The translations under genes and the position numbers were made by a program. From assembly GCA_023515725.1 (NCBI GenBank), contig JALDTO010000266.1, positions 2,124,216 to 2,188,215 of the forward strand: 64,000 bases of DNA, written 5' to 3'. Source of the DNA: Amoeboaphelidium protococcarum X5. Lineage: Eukaryota; Fungi; Aphelidiomycota. Below the pieces are notes generated by a model, which was not told the origin of the DNA, searched no databases, and saw only the letters and a list, made by a program, of their open reading frames with translations. Below, piece after piece: positions 42,596-57,851 of this stretch. Numbering within the stretch: position 1 is the stretch's first letter; the number at the start of each line of letters is the position of its first letter.

Positions 42596-43204
42596 TCAGT
42601 ATGGCGCGTATCCGCCTCTTCCACCACCGCTACCACGACCTCCGCGGTATCCGCCTCCTCTTGATCGACCACCTCTACCGCGATAGGCGCCTCTGCTCGA
42701 TGCTCCTCTAGCACCACCACCGCGTCCTCTTCTATTATATCCAGGGATATTAGTCCTCTTGGCGGTGACCTATAGCATTCGATTCCTGAACAATGTACCA
42801 CTAAGAATGAGAGCATTTTCAACACTTTTCGCATCAGCAAATTCAACATACGCATGGCCTTTGGGTCGACCTGTGAACTTATCAGCCAGGATAGTGACAC
42901 GATTTATAGCACCACAATCTTGGAAATGTGCTTATAACTCTTCAGCTGCAGTCTCATAGTCTACATTACCAACATATATTGACCGTTTATCAATTTCTTC
43001 CTATGCTGCAGCAGTAGCCTGATTCTCCTATTCCAACTAGTCGTGCATCTGTCTCACTTTATCAGCCTCTTTCACTAACTCCTCCACTTTCTACTATATT
43101 TACTCTGGTGTTTATACGGGCAATCCAAAAGAATCTTCCAATTCCATAGCCTTGTCATCATCTTAATTATTATTATTATAATTAGTGACTGTATTGGAAT
43201 TCAT
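42596..43204 (-). CDS. PABPN1: Nuclear poly(A)-binding protein (PABPN1/Pab2)
   Basis: [40 protein letters not shown]; RGG tail ending YAPY. Confidence 0.93.
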
Positions 43205-43351
43205 TTTGAGTGTTTTTGTCGAGTTTTTGTGTTGATCAAATAAAAGCCAAGAGAAGAAGGAGAAAATGCAGCAAAGATCAAATGAAGTGCTTCAAGAGAC
43301 TGCCACCTAGTACATGTACGATCTATTAAAATAATAAGATATGAAAGGGCA

Positions 43352-44503
43352 TCATTCATTAGTACTAAGTATCACAGTTCTCAAGATGTAGATATTTGAT
43401 AGAAAGAAGGCAATACTTGATGCGAACAATTCAATAAACGTGTTCTCGCCTTTAATCTCCAAGCGGTAGGCAAAGTACAACCACACGGCTTGCGACAATA
43501 CCCAATATGTTGTGCATTAGAGTAGTTACTTCATGGACATCCGCACACGCTACTAAATTAAAGGGATAAAGACCAGGAACCAGATAAAATACTGAGACGT
43601 TATAACCTTGTTGAAAGATACAAATACAAAGGTGCACAGGATGACGGCCATTATAAGATCTCGTGCAGCGTATCGCAACGAAATGGCCAGCAGTAGAGCA
43701 ACTTGTGGTAAAAACGTGAGGATTGAAGAGTATCTGATAGCCGATAAGTTATCAGCCGCTGTGACCTGCATGTACATCAAAGTGTTATAAATGGCAAAAT
43801 TATGACGATGGTCTCTTCTCCCAATATGATACAGATAGGCATTGTGTAAGAAGTCCATTCCATACCGTTAATAAAACACCGCGGTCAGTCCGCCTAATGA
43901 GAGTAGAGAAGCCACGCCAAACTTTAGAATTCTAGGGATACTTGCAGAGAGCGTATTAGATCGAGAGCAAATAAAAAAAGCGATAGAAGGTGCGTAAATC
44001 AATGGGTAAATCTTCCAATGAATTGAGACTCCGTATATCATTCCAGCCAATAACAACTTCTAGTTCTATAACAGGTATATGGTTATAATGACCAGTAAAA
44101 CAATAATACACTCAGCATTACCGCGAGTAGATATAGCGATTACAAATGGGTTCAGCCACCACCACCATACGACCGCATTAGACTATGTGCCCAACCGTGC
44201 CAGTAGCAATTCCATAAAGCAGCCACATATGATATCACCAGAGACGAATAATAATTTACCAAATGACTAGTCTATTATGTGGTTCCCTATCATCATCAGA
44301 GCCAGGAGCGGCGTATATCGGTAAGTGGATCTCTCATAAGGACTCTACCCTTCAAGCATGAATCGGGCAGCATCAGTAAAAACTTCATAGTCAATGTCCG
44401 TGTATCTAATCCCCCATAGTTCCAATCCAGACACAGCCACCAACAATACTCTGACCAAAATAGCAACTATTACCAGCCATCGCTTCATCCCGAGGAGAGT
44501 CAT
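43352..44503 (-). CDS. GPI14: GPI mannosyltransferase I (PIG-M)
   Basis: [53 protein letters not shown]. Confidence 0.94.
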
Positions 44504-44744
44504 AGAATATACAAAGCAGTCAATAGCAGATGATGAGACTTAACTTATCCTTCGACCGTATGAAAGTTGATATAATACACTGAAACCTTCAGCGAAATTT
44601 TAAAATGCGTCGCTCTATTTGAGATCTTTTAGTTTGACCGCGTGATCATTTCACCACAGTGCTGTAATATTTTTGCTCTTCTATAAAGACTCATTTTCTT
44701 AGTGCTCACTAAAATTTTAAAACCAGTCTGTATTAAAATTCAAT

Positions 44745-45668
44745 ATGGCGTAATAACTCAAATCTTCAGTCATTATTCCGTCGATGCATGCAATTAGTCG
44801 AGTAAAGATTCCATTGCATACCAATAGTGTACCTGCCGTGTAACCACTTAAGTGGACGCGTGTGGAGGAGCGCACAGGACTGCTGGCCATCAAGAAGGGC
44901 ATGATGAGCGTGTGGGATCAGCAGGGCAGACGCGTACCAGCCACTGTTTTGTAATTGGATTAGACTATCGTTCTGGGACACAAGACTGAGCGTCGCGATG
45001 GTTATGACGCGTTAGTTGTCGGTTGCCGATCAGTAGATGTGGATACCATGGAGAAGTTGGACAAGTATTAGTCACACGTTGCCGTATCGCGTCAGGCTGC
45101 TATTGGATATTGCGTCAAGCATTTTAGTGAATTCAAAGTATCTCCCAATGGATTTATCCCGGTCGGCACTCTTTTGAACGCGGCTCACTTTGTACCGGGT
45201 CAATTTGTTGATGTGCAGGCGAGATCGAAAGATAAAGGTTTCCAGGGAGTAGTGAAGAGGTGGGGATTTCATGGTCAATCCGCGTCACATGGTGTATCTA
45301 AAGCTCATCGCTCCGGTGGTTCGATTGGTATGAGAAAGACACCTGGTAAAGTGTTCAAAGGTAAGAAGATGCCTGGGCACATGGGTGATGAGAACGTTAC
45401 GGTACACAGCTTGCAGGTTCTTCGCGTCGATCGACTGTTGAATCTGCTCTATATCAAGGGCAGTATTCCGGGTGATAATGAGAGCTGCGTTAAAGTGTGG
45501 GATTCTCTATTTAAAAGTGAGGAACAGTTTGATCCTTACCTGAATCCACCTCCATTCCCAACTATAAGTCCTCAATCTCTAGAACTGATGCCTGCTGAGC
45601 TGAGTATACAGTCTGGAGATGATGCCGAATAGTCCTTTTCCTCAAAGTACTTATATAAAATAGACTGA
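44745..45668 (+). CDS. MRPL3: Mitochondrial ribosomal protein uL3m (start uncertain)
   Basis: RTGLLAIKKGM, KGFQGVVKRWGF, SHGVSKAHRSGGSIG, GKKMPGHMG. Confidence 0.92.
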
Positions 45669-45778
45669 TTTTTATTGCATTCAGCGTGTAAATATTTTCA
45701 TTATATAAGCCATTTTATAATAAAGACAGTTTTGAGGCAAGCTTGCTAAAATTACAGTATTACAATACTGCAAGTCTC

Positions 45779-48289
<2,511 letters not shown>

Positions 48290-49343
48290 TTAATATTGAT
48301 ACTTGATAATAGGGACCAATTATGAGTCAGTCTGTTAATAGTGAAGATAAGCTAAGAGGAAAGAATTGGAAAATGCAGAGCGACGTCAAAGAAGAATTCT
48401 GTGCTGATCACGCGTTTGTCATCGTCGTCATCGTTATGCCTTAAACGGCGAAAGATTTTGGGAATATCAAAAATTGATTGAAGTGGATACTTCGAACATT
48501 ATTATTATGCGAACAGTCAGCAGTACGGCGGTAAAGACAATGACGCGATTAATCTTGCCCAAAACTTTTGTGAGATATTAGGGCGTGAACAATTAACCAC
48601 CGCTGATAAAATAGAGTAAATTGAAAAGTTTGTACCATCTTATGCGATTGGATAAGCCTATTGGTACCAATTTGTTATACATTCCTTGCACATGGTATTT
48701 ATTGTCTTTGTTACTCTTGTTAATACATTCTATGATAACTCTCGTTCTGTAGGTCGATTCTAATGGCTTAGTACTATTAGAAAACTTAAGCGATGATTAA
48801 TGTTTAGTCAGGGACGATTGATTAAAGCTAGCAATTGTTTGATGTATTGTCTTAATCATCAGAGTCGTTCAAGATGTTGGCACTGTTTGGAGTTGGTGCT
48901 GTGGTAATGCGCGGTGCTGGTTGCACTATTAACGATATGTGGGATAGAGATTTTGACTCCAAAGTATGATTAATTGTATCGTTTGCTTGTGTAAATACGA
49001 ACTGATTTGATATCATCATTAATGTAGGTTGAAAGGACGCGCAATCGGCCCATTGCCTCAAAGCAGATATCAATGAAGGAAGCATGGGGATTTCTAGCTC
49101 TTCAAATGACTGCTGGTCTGGGCGTTTTGACTTAGCTCAATATGAATAGTATTATCCTCGGCGCATCGTCTCTACCTCTTGTCGGACTCTATCCGTTGGC
49201 TAAACGCGTTACAAAGTATCCGCAGTTTGTTCTGGGTCTCACATTTAATTGGGGCGCCCTGCTCGGCTGGTGTGCTATGACTGACACCGTGGACATTTCA
49301 GTTTGTCTGCCTCTTTATGGTGCTGGAATATGCTGGACGCTCA

Positions 49344-49473
49344 TGTTGAGCTGAAACCGTGTTGACGCGTTTCAGTCACTCACTCTCTCTCTTTATCATA
49401 TAAGAGTTGAAACAACTGTTAATATACTTGTTATATCTCATATTCACTTCACTCTCTTATACTATTCTTAACA
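49344..49473 (+). repeat. 5' LTR
   Basis: Identical to 54191-54320. Confidence 0.97.
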
Positions 49474-49477
49474 GATT

Positions 49478-52400
49478 ATGAGACCGAATGCTCCACCAAT
49501 GAATACTGGTGTATTAATTTAGAATCCAAAGTTAAGCTAACTACTAGGTGCTGATAATGTAGCCTACTCAACTTGGTCTATGGACATGCAAATGACAATG
49601 AAGAAGAATTCATGTTGGACTGCTATAGTTCCTTAGCCTCCTTCTGCTACATCCTCCAGTACTACTTCCGCCTCTCAACCAGATGGTTCTACCGCTAATA
49701 TCGTTTATGTTAATGCTACTGGTCCAAGTGATTACGTCGTTGACTGCAAAGCTTAGAGCATCATATTTGAGAATGTCACCGATGCTGTCAAGGTATATTT
49801 ACGCTCCAAGATGGCCGAACAGTAGTCTCAAGAGTTGACAGCTAAGTAAATGTGGGACTTGTTGAAGGATCGCTACTCCACTGGCTCTCTGGTCAATCGC
49901 TTGGCTGGTCTTCGTAATTTGCTTGTGTGTACTCAAGACAAGAACGAAAAGCTATCTGAGTATGTGAACAAACTCTAGGCTGCTAGTCATCATGCTAGAG
50001 TGGCAGTTGACAATGATGGCAAAGTCTGCTTCAAAGAACTGCAACTGGCAGTCTCCCTGTTTGGCATTGACGCCAAATTCGATCACATCCGCCTAAACGC
50101 TGAGCAGCAACTTTCCGTGTCAACTCAGACTTCCACTCTGACGTTTGATTCTCTGATGTCCATAATGTTGAATGAGCAGGAGCGTAAAGATGCAAAGGAC
50201 ATCGAGTAAAGAGGGCCTTCTATCCAAGTAACAAATGCTGGTGATATTCAACAGGTCAACTTGGTAAAGAAGGAGTATCCTGTGTGTGATTACCCTGGTT
50301 GCCCGAAGCCTCGTGGACACAGAAAGGAACGATGTGATAAGAGAATTCAGGATTTGGAAGCAGATGTTAAGAAGTATAAACCATCTGCCACGGCTAACTT
50401 GTTGTAAACCAATCCGTAGGTAGTCTCTGATTGTGACAGCTCTTTTGACGCAATCTTCATGGCCTCTGATCGTACAGTTAGCGGTAGTGAATGGTTTCTA
50501 GACTCTGGCGCGTCTACTCATTGCTGCAACGACAAGGATGCTTTTATAGAATTGTCTGCCTGTTCAGGCATGAAGGTACAGAACTATGGAGGCAGTGATA
50601 AAGAGTTGGTGTGTGCCGGAGTTGGTACCGTCATCCTCAATGCAGTTGTTGATGGTGAGCGTCGCTGTCTAAAGCTGGAGAATGTTATGCACTTCCCGGG
50701 TGCTAGCTGCTCCTTAATGTCAGTGTCAAAGCTGAAAAGCTCTGGCAAGGTGACGTTGGTTGACCTTGACAGCCAGTTTGTAATCCAGTCAAAGGCAAAC
50801 AACAAGAAGTTGTGTGTGGCTGTCCTAGAGAAAGGTCTTTATCGCATTGTAATTGAGTAGCCATAGAAGGTGCTGAATGTGGTCAATCTCATTAGCCAAC
50901 ATGCCTAGCCGCCGCAGTCTGTAATGGTCAACTATCAAACGCTGCACCGTCGTCTCGGCCACCCCTCTGAAAAGTTGGTGAATAAGTTATGACAACAACA
51001 GTATGTGAATGTGAATTTGAGTGAGTAAAAGACTTTTGAATTCTGTGATGATTGTCTTTCTACGAAGCTGCAACGTGCTCCTTTTCAGCCTTCAGATTCT
51101 ATCTACTCAAACCCGCTTGATCTCGTGGTGTCTGATCTTAGTCCATGCAATATCCGCTCGTTTCATGGGTTCAAATACGTAATGACACTGATGGACATGG
51201 CCACAAGGAAATTATGGTCGTACATGCTTAAGAATAAGTCTGAAGCATTTGGGCACTTCAAGCGGTGGTTGACGTTGGTAGAGAATGAATCTAGTTTCAA
51301 ATTGAAGAAGTTTCGATCTGATGGGGGTGGAGAATACATCAATGGTGAATTCCGTACTTTTCTGGCTGACAGAGGTGTGGCCATTCAAAGCACAACTGCA
51401 CATACTCCTCAGCAAAATGGCAACAGTGAAAGAGTCAACTAGACGCTGTGGTCCATGGCCCGTACGTTCTTGAAAGTGTTTGACACTCCTCACACTCTTT
51501 GGCCAGATGCCATCATGGCAGCATGCTACGTTAAGAACCGTTTGCCTCATTCAGCTGTGAATTTTAAGCTTCCAGAAGAGTTGTGGACTGGAAAAAGGGC
51601 AAGCCTGTTTCACTTGCGGACGATGTTCTGTCTTGCGTATGTCAGACACTCCAAGTCAACTTTTAAGAAATTGGACGATAGAAGTTTTCCCGCTGTCTTT
51701 GCTGGTTACTCGTTAGAAAAGAAAGCTTGGAGATTCTATAGTTTAGATCTAAATAAAATTATCTTCAGCCGTGACGTAGTATTCTTAGAGAACAAGGCGC
51801 CAATGATTTAGCCAAGTTTTGTCTACAAAAGGGAGTAGTTTGAATTGATGGATGAATCTGATTAGTCCGCTGTGAGAGTATCTGCATAGGACATTTACAA
51901 CTCTGCAGGACTTGGTGCAGCTGTAGATCCAACCATTGAGGAGTTAGTCGAGTAACCGCAGATTTCATTTGATGCCGCAGCTGCTACCCGTCCAACTACA
52001 GCATCCATAAACGTCGAACCAAATGCTGAACCGGCTGAAGTCACTGAAGTCCCCAAAGAGACTGTAGACGATGAATTTGTTGACGCTGCGGAGGATACCT
52101 AGCCAATGGATAATGCCATTACTCATCAAGATGAAGATATTTCTGACAAGACTGCCAAAGCTCTCCTGAAGCTATAAAAACAGTTGTAAATTGACATGAA
52201 TGATACTAAAGTAATGAAAGTTGATGTGCAAGACTCCAAAATTGAGGTAGGTAACATGCATCTGAGGGTGAATGATCCGAAAATAGAGGTGGATGACATT
52301 GTAGGGATTGCTCGTAGCATTACCCAATCAAGGAGACACCAGTTGTCTACTCCCACAATTAATTTTGTATCTGCCAACCCGTTTTAAGCACTGGATGATT

Positions 52401-54178
52401 GTTATGAATAAGATTAGCTATCCACTGATATGGATGATAGCGAGCAGTTCCATGATGCTGTGGAGAACTTGGAGTAAGAGTATTGGTATCATATTGTGGA
52501 TCCCTACACCAATAAAGTGTATCAAACGTGTGCATTCGCTTATCAAGAATTGAATCGAGTGTTTGAAGATCCGCAGTCTTACGATGCTGCATTGAAATTG
52601 CCAGATGGTCCATAGTGGGATGAAGGTACTCAAGAAGAATTCTCTGCTCATGTAGAGAATGGCACATTCATCTTGATTGACGAAGATTAAGTTCCAAAGG
52701 GTGAATAAATACTCACATCCAAGCTAGTCTTCAAATATAAGACTGATGCAACAGGTCATCTGGACAGAAGGAAAGTGCGCTGGTGCATTAGAGGATTCTT
52801 GTAAGAGATGGATTGGGCTGAGATTTTTGCTCCAGTGATAAAGTATGCAACTATAAGGATTCTTCTAGTATTGGCGTCACTGTTCAAATGGTAACTTACG
52901 TAGTTCGATGTCAAAACTGCCTTCTTAAATGCGTTCCTAAAGAGACCGGTTTACACTAGGCCTCCAAAGGGGTTCAAGATTCCAAAAGGCAAGATTATGA
53001 AACTCCTCAAATCCGTTTACGGTCTAAAAGAAGCGCCCAAACTGTGGAATGATTTATTGACCAAGTCATTGAAGTCGATAGGTTTCAATTGTATTAATTC
53101 TGACATCAGTCTTTATATGTTTAAGCTTAATGGTCAGACGTTTCTTCTCGCTGTCTACGTTGATGACATGGTATTGGCTGGTCCGTCCGGTGATTTATAT
53201 AATAAGATTTGCGATGACATAATGAAACTGTTCAAGGTTAGAAATCTTGGGTGGCCTGCTTATTTTCTTGGAGCATAGATCAAGACTAACTCTGATTCTT
53301 CATTCACTCTGAATCAAGAAAAGTACATCAGGTCCATTGTAGAGAGATTTGATATGCGGAATGAGCATCATGTTAAGACACCGTGTGCAACTTACAAATT
53401 GGATCTTTCCATGTGTCCTTAAGATGAGAATCAGCGCCAAGAAATGGAATAGATCCCTTATCAGCAAGCTGTTGGCTGTCTAATGCATCTTGTTCAGTGT
53501 TGCCGCCCTGACATTGCTTATGCGGTGTCTCAAGTTGCGCGATTTATGAAGAACCCAGGCATGAAACACTGGTTAGCTGTAAAAAGAATTTATGGGTATC
53601 TCTAAAGCACTGCGCATATGGGAATTGAAATCGATTGTACTAAGGCTGGCTTGACTGGCTTCTCCGATTCTGATCACTGTGGTAACTTAGACCACTCAAA
53701 ATCAACGTCTGGATATGTATTTTACTTGTGTGGTGTCCCAGTATCTTGGAAGTCAAGTCTGCAACCTATTGTAGCTCTGAGCTCAGTCGAGGCAGAGTAC
53801 ATCGCACTGGCAGCAGCTGTCAAAGAAGGTATCTGGATCAAGTAGTTGTTATATGAGCTGCAACTGCAAGATGTTGCGCCTCAACTTTACTCTGTCCCTA
53901 GACTCTTTGCAGACAATCAAGGATCTATTTACTTGACTAAAGCATCTCAACAACATCATAGAACTCGACACATTCGTTTGCGCTATCACTTTCTGCGACA
54001 AGAAATCCAAGACCGTACGTTGGACATAGAATTTGTCCGGAGTAATGCAAATGTGGCTGATGTGTTTACAAAAGGTCTTGGAAAGAATCTGCATTGGCTG
54101 TTTGTAAGCAAGATGGGAATGAAAGTACGAGAGTCATATAAGCCTCTAGAAGTTGAGGTGACCAAAAAGGTGGTATGA
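49478..54178 (+). CDS. Copia gag-pol polyprotein (PR-IN-RT-RH order) with one in-frame TGA at 50990-50992
   Basis: WFLDSGAS (protease), HRRLGH..CDDC, RSDGGGEY, PQQNGNSER (integrase), QFDVKTAFLN, YVDD (RT), FSDSD, VADVFTK (RNase H). Confidence 0.93.
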
Positions 54179-54190
54179 TTTGCGGTCGGC

Positions 54191-54320
54191 TGTTGAGCTG
54201 AAACCGTGTTGACGCGTTTCAGTCACTCACTCTCTCTCTTTATCATATAAGAGTTGAAACAACTGTTAATATACTTGTTATATCTCATATTCACTTCACT
54301 CTCTTATACTATTCTTAACA
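54191..54320 (+). repeat. 3' LTR
   Basis: Identical to 49344-49473. Confidence 0.97.
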
Positions 54321-54783
54321 GCTCATGTATGATACAATTTACGCACATTAAGATAAGCACGATGATGTTAAAGTTGGGATTAAATCTACCGCCTTGACAT
54401 TTGCACATCGTACTAAAACTATCTGCACAGCTCTCAATATCATGCAAACTGCACTATTTCTCTGTGCAGGAATAAATAATGATTAAAGTTTTGGATACTT
54501 TAGTTCATTAATGCTAAGCTCTATTTATATGTAATCTCTTATACGGCGCGTAAATTTGAATAATGTCAATTCTTGTAACAAGGCATTTAGAAAGAGTTAG
54601 TACGCGGGATGGTTGATTTCTTTAGGTGTTGTAGTTGACATACTTATCAAGGCGGCCGTATTAACGTGAATAATACTTTCGTGATGATGAAATTAAAAGC
54701 TTTAAGTTTATCAATTTTATAATCTATTCATTCAATATTAGTCAACCCTTTTAAATTGTTTGAAGTGTCCAGCTTCATAGAGA

Positions 54784-55392
54784 TCACAAATTTCTGATGA
54801 TCACAGAAATAGCGACGGACATGAATGCATTAATCAGGGCAAATGATCCAAAGATGGAGTCTGCGTCATTAGTAATGAATGTGGTTGGAGGAGGTCTGTT
54901 GCTGCTGCTAGGCAGTGGAGGCAGATTGTCCTCAGTCTTGGTAGAGTTGCTGTTATTACGATTGTCAGACTTTGATGATGGAGGATTCTTCTTCTCTTCC
55001 TCCTTTGCCTTGGCATCATCCTCGGCCTACTGCAGCAGCTATGGATTATCCTTGACGTAGTTACAGCTGTTAGTTGCAGAATCAGTCAGCGCCAGTCTCT
55101 GTCCCTGCAGAGCCAAGTCTTGAGGACACAGAGAGTAACACTGAAGAGCCTTTTGCTGTCCTTCACACAAGCACTGGTAGTACTTGATATCTGGCACTCC
55201 AGACAGGTCAGCACTACATCCAGCCATAGCATTGTTGGCGTCCATGTTACACTGATTGAACTGAACAATCTTGTCACAGATAGCAGGCAATTGACCATTC
55301 ACCACAGCCATATCATACGCGCTTTGACCAGACGCGAAACCGATCATAGCAGCCAGAGAAGCAATAACGACGTTTAGCTTGTTTGCAACCAT
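54784..55392 (-). CDS. Secreted Cys-rich, probably GPI-anchored protein (202 aa)
   Basis: Signal peptide, 8-Cys domain (QCLC, CYSLCP), S/N/P linker, hydrophobic C-terminus. Confidence 0.8.
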
Positions 55393-55669
55393 ACTTGATA
55401 TTTAATATTAGAATACTTTGAATTTTAAGTCTTAATAAGAAAAAGAAAGTTATCAGATATAAATCCGCTCTTTAAGTGATCGGTATATCTCGATTTAGTA
55501 TCATGCTTCCCAAAATAGTATCTTGAAGTCTTGGATGGAAACTTCGAAAATTTAAAATAGGATCAACTGATTACAATTCTATATTTAGAATTGTTAAATG
55601 ATTAATCAATATACATTAAAAAGATGACCGAAAGAGTAAAGATATATTACAATAACATTAGGTAAATAA

Positions 55670-57124
55670 TCAAATTAGACCTTAACTGTAAGGAGTTCCG
55701 GTCATGAACCAAACATCGTCAACGCGCCATTCGTGACCAGCTTTATCATAATAATGTCCTTTTTGACCATGTTTAATGCCGCCTTTGCAATCATCAGGAG
55801 TCTCGACGTAATCAACCACATCAACAGTGTCCACTTCATTCAGAGGTTGCAATACCTTGACATTGTCTCCACTTATGAAGCCTAAATCATGACCATAAAG
55901 TTACAGACACGCCTTAAGTTTAGGTAAGGACACCATTACAGACTTGTCTTTAGGATTCGCAGATTTTTCAATACACAAGGGTTAAGCATCAGCTTCAATA
56001 GCTAGCTTATGCAGAGCTTCAAAACCATTCACCGCTTTATAGGACACGTTGGTAAAAGGACTCAATGTTCTATTACCAAACACTTCTTCGATATCAATTT
56101 AGCCATTTCCATTCATATTAGGCATTGCTAGCATTACATCACCACCATCAGCTCCGGCATGTAGTTCAGTTACATTGCTTGGATCCAACCAGATACCTGT
56201 GCCAAACTTGACTTGAACGCGCCAATCGTAGTTGACATCAAACACCAGAGGGGATGCGCAGCAGCTACTGCCATTGTCCATAGGTGGCTCTTCAGCTATA
56301 GGTGGAGGAGGCTGAGGTTCATTACGAACGTTGGGTCGCTTTGAGATGTTAGGCGGAAGTGGATACGGCGCAGGTACTTTAGTAGGAGACTGAGGCTGAG
56401 GTGTCGGAGCAGGTGCTTTAGTAGGAGACTGAGGCTGAGGTGCCGACGCAGGAGACTATGGTTCAGGAGGCGGCGGAGATGGAGGTTACTTTGGAGATGG
56501 CATCGGATGAGGACTGGGAGCAGGATGAGAAGGCGGTTTTGTTGGTGGCTCTTTCGGTGGTGGAGGAGGATTTTTAGGCTTGTGAGGTGGGTTATGAGGA
56601 GGCTTATGAGGAGTCGGTGGTGGAGGTGTAGGAGGAGATGGAGGTGGCATAGGAGGCTCATACGGTGACGGAGGCACGGTAGTCGTAATCTGCGGAGTGT
56701 TTGAAGAAACACGACTAGTAATCAGAGATGAAGGAGGCACCGAAGAGGTTGAATAAGGAGTTTCCACAGACTGAGAAGAGGTTGGCATATAAGCCGACGG
56801 CTCAGGAGTTTTGGTCTGAACTGAACTAGTTTATCCACTAGTGGAGCATGGGGTAGCAGAGAATTCGTTTTCGTGAACCGCGTCACAACTGTCACCACCG
56901 CAGTTTGTATAAGATCCTTAAGGCATCCCATACTGCTTAGACGCAATCTGACCAGGAGAGCTACTAGAATTACTGTTGCTTTAGCCATACTGATTTTGAT
57001 TTGATTCTCTCAACCGACACTTTATAACAGTAGCACCCTATGATTCCATCTCCGGCAGAGCATAAGCAGACGTGGCAACCAAAAGCACTAAACCCAAAGA
57101 TGTAGTATTACCACTAAAATGCAT
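55670..57124 (-). CDS. Secreted Pro-rich (extensin-like) stalk protein with C-terminal SPM-like domain (family copy C, 484 aa)
   Basis: Signal peptide, IKCRLR, PPPP/HKPP/APQPQSPTK repeats, same C-terminal domain. Confidence 0.85.
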
Positions 57125-57851
57125 ATTGAATGTGGACTTGGTAAATAATTTGTAGTGTAAAAGGAGTAAAACTGTGTCTCACAATTACAAAGTAGACTTG
57201 TAATAATACATGGCGATGACTGATATTCGCCAAGCATTCGAATCAACCAATCACTGACACGATGCTGTTGTACAAGTGAAATCATCTGCGTTGTTTGATC
57301 TTTGTGCGACCATTTCATGTAACACATACTGTAGTGGATGTGACTATTCAGAGTTGAGACAGTAACCGCAGTAAAAGTTATCCTGGACCGCAATACTAAA
57401 GGATAATCACGCGTCTAAATTGACACCGCTTTGAGAGTAAATAATCAAAGATGTTCACTGTTGAGTAATGGTTTTAAACGCTAAAATATCTGATGCAATA
57501 ATACAATTCAAGTTGCTGATATTAAATAGCACTTAGTTATCTAATATCTGAAGTCAACGGCTCATTATATACGCGTCAATGTGCAAGCTATCATGTAATC
57601 TTAAAGTATAACCTGTACAATATTCTTACTGCAATCTAGAAAGCAAGCTTTAATGACGCTTACTAAAAGATAATGTAGTTCAAAGCGCCATATAGCATAC
57701 AATATTTCTTTATTACAATCACGGTAGAACGGTCAATCATCACAGCAAGTCCAAGTCAGGACCGGCGGGCAACACAAAGTCCTCGTCATGGCGAAAGTCC
57801 CAGGTAGTGTCAAACTGCTGGAAAAACTCGTCCAAGTAGCCACCTCCTGTG

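Larger units (their letters stand above)
49344..54320 (+). mobile_element. Ty1/Copia LTR retrotransposon, 4977 bp
   Basis: Identical 130-bp TG..CA LTRs; 5-bp TSD GCTCA (49339-43, 54321-25); PBS-like GATTATGAGACC. Confidence 0.97.
48507..54669 (+). pseudogene. COQ2: 4-hydroxybenzoate polyprenyltransferase interrupted in its last exon by a Copia element (5' part 48507-49343 with two introns; 3' part 54325-54669)
   Basis: [46 protein letters not shown] | YDTIYAHQDKHDD..GIKSTA; the frame is restored if the element and one TSD copy are removed. Confidence 0.9.
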
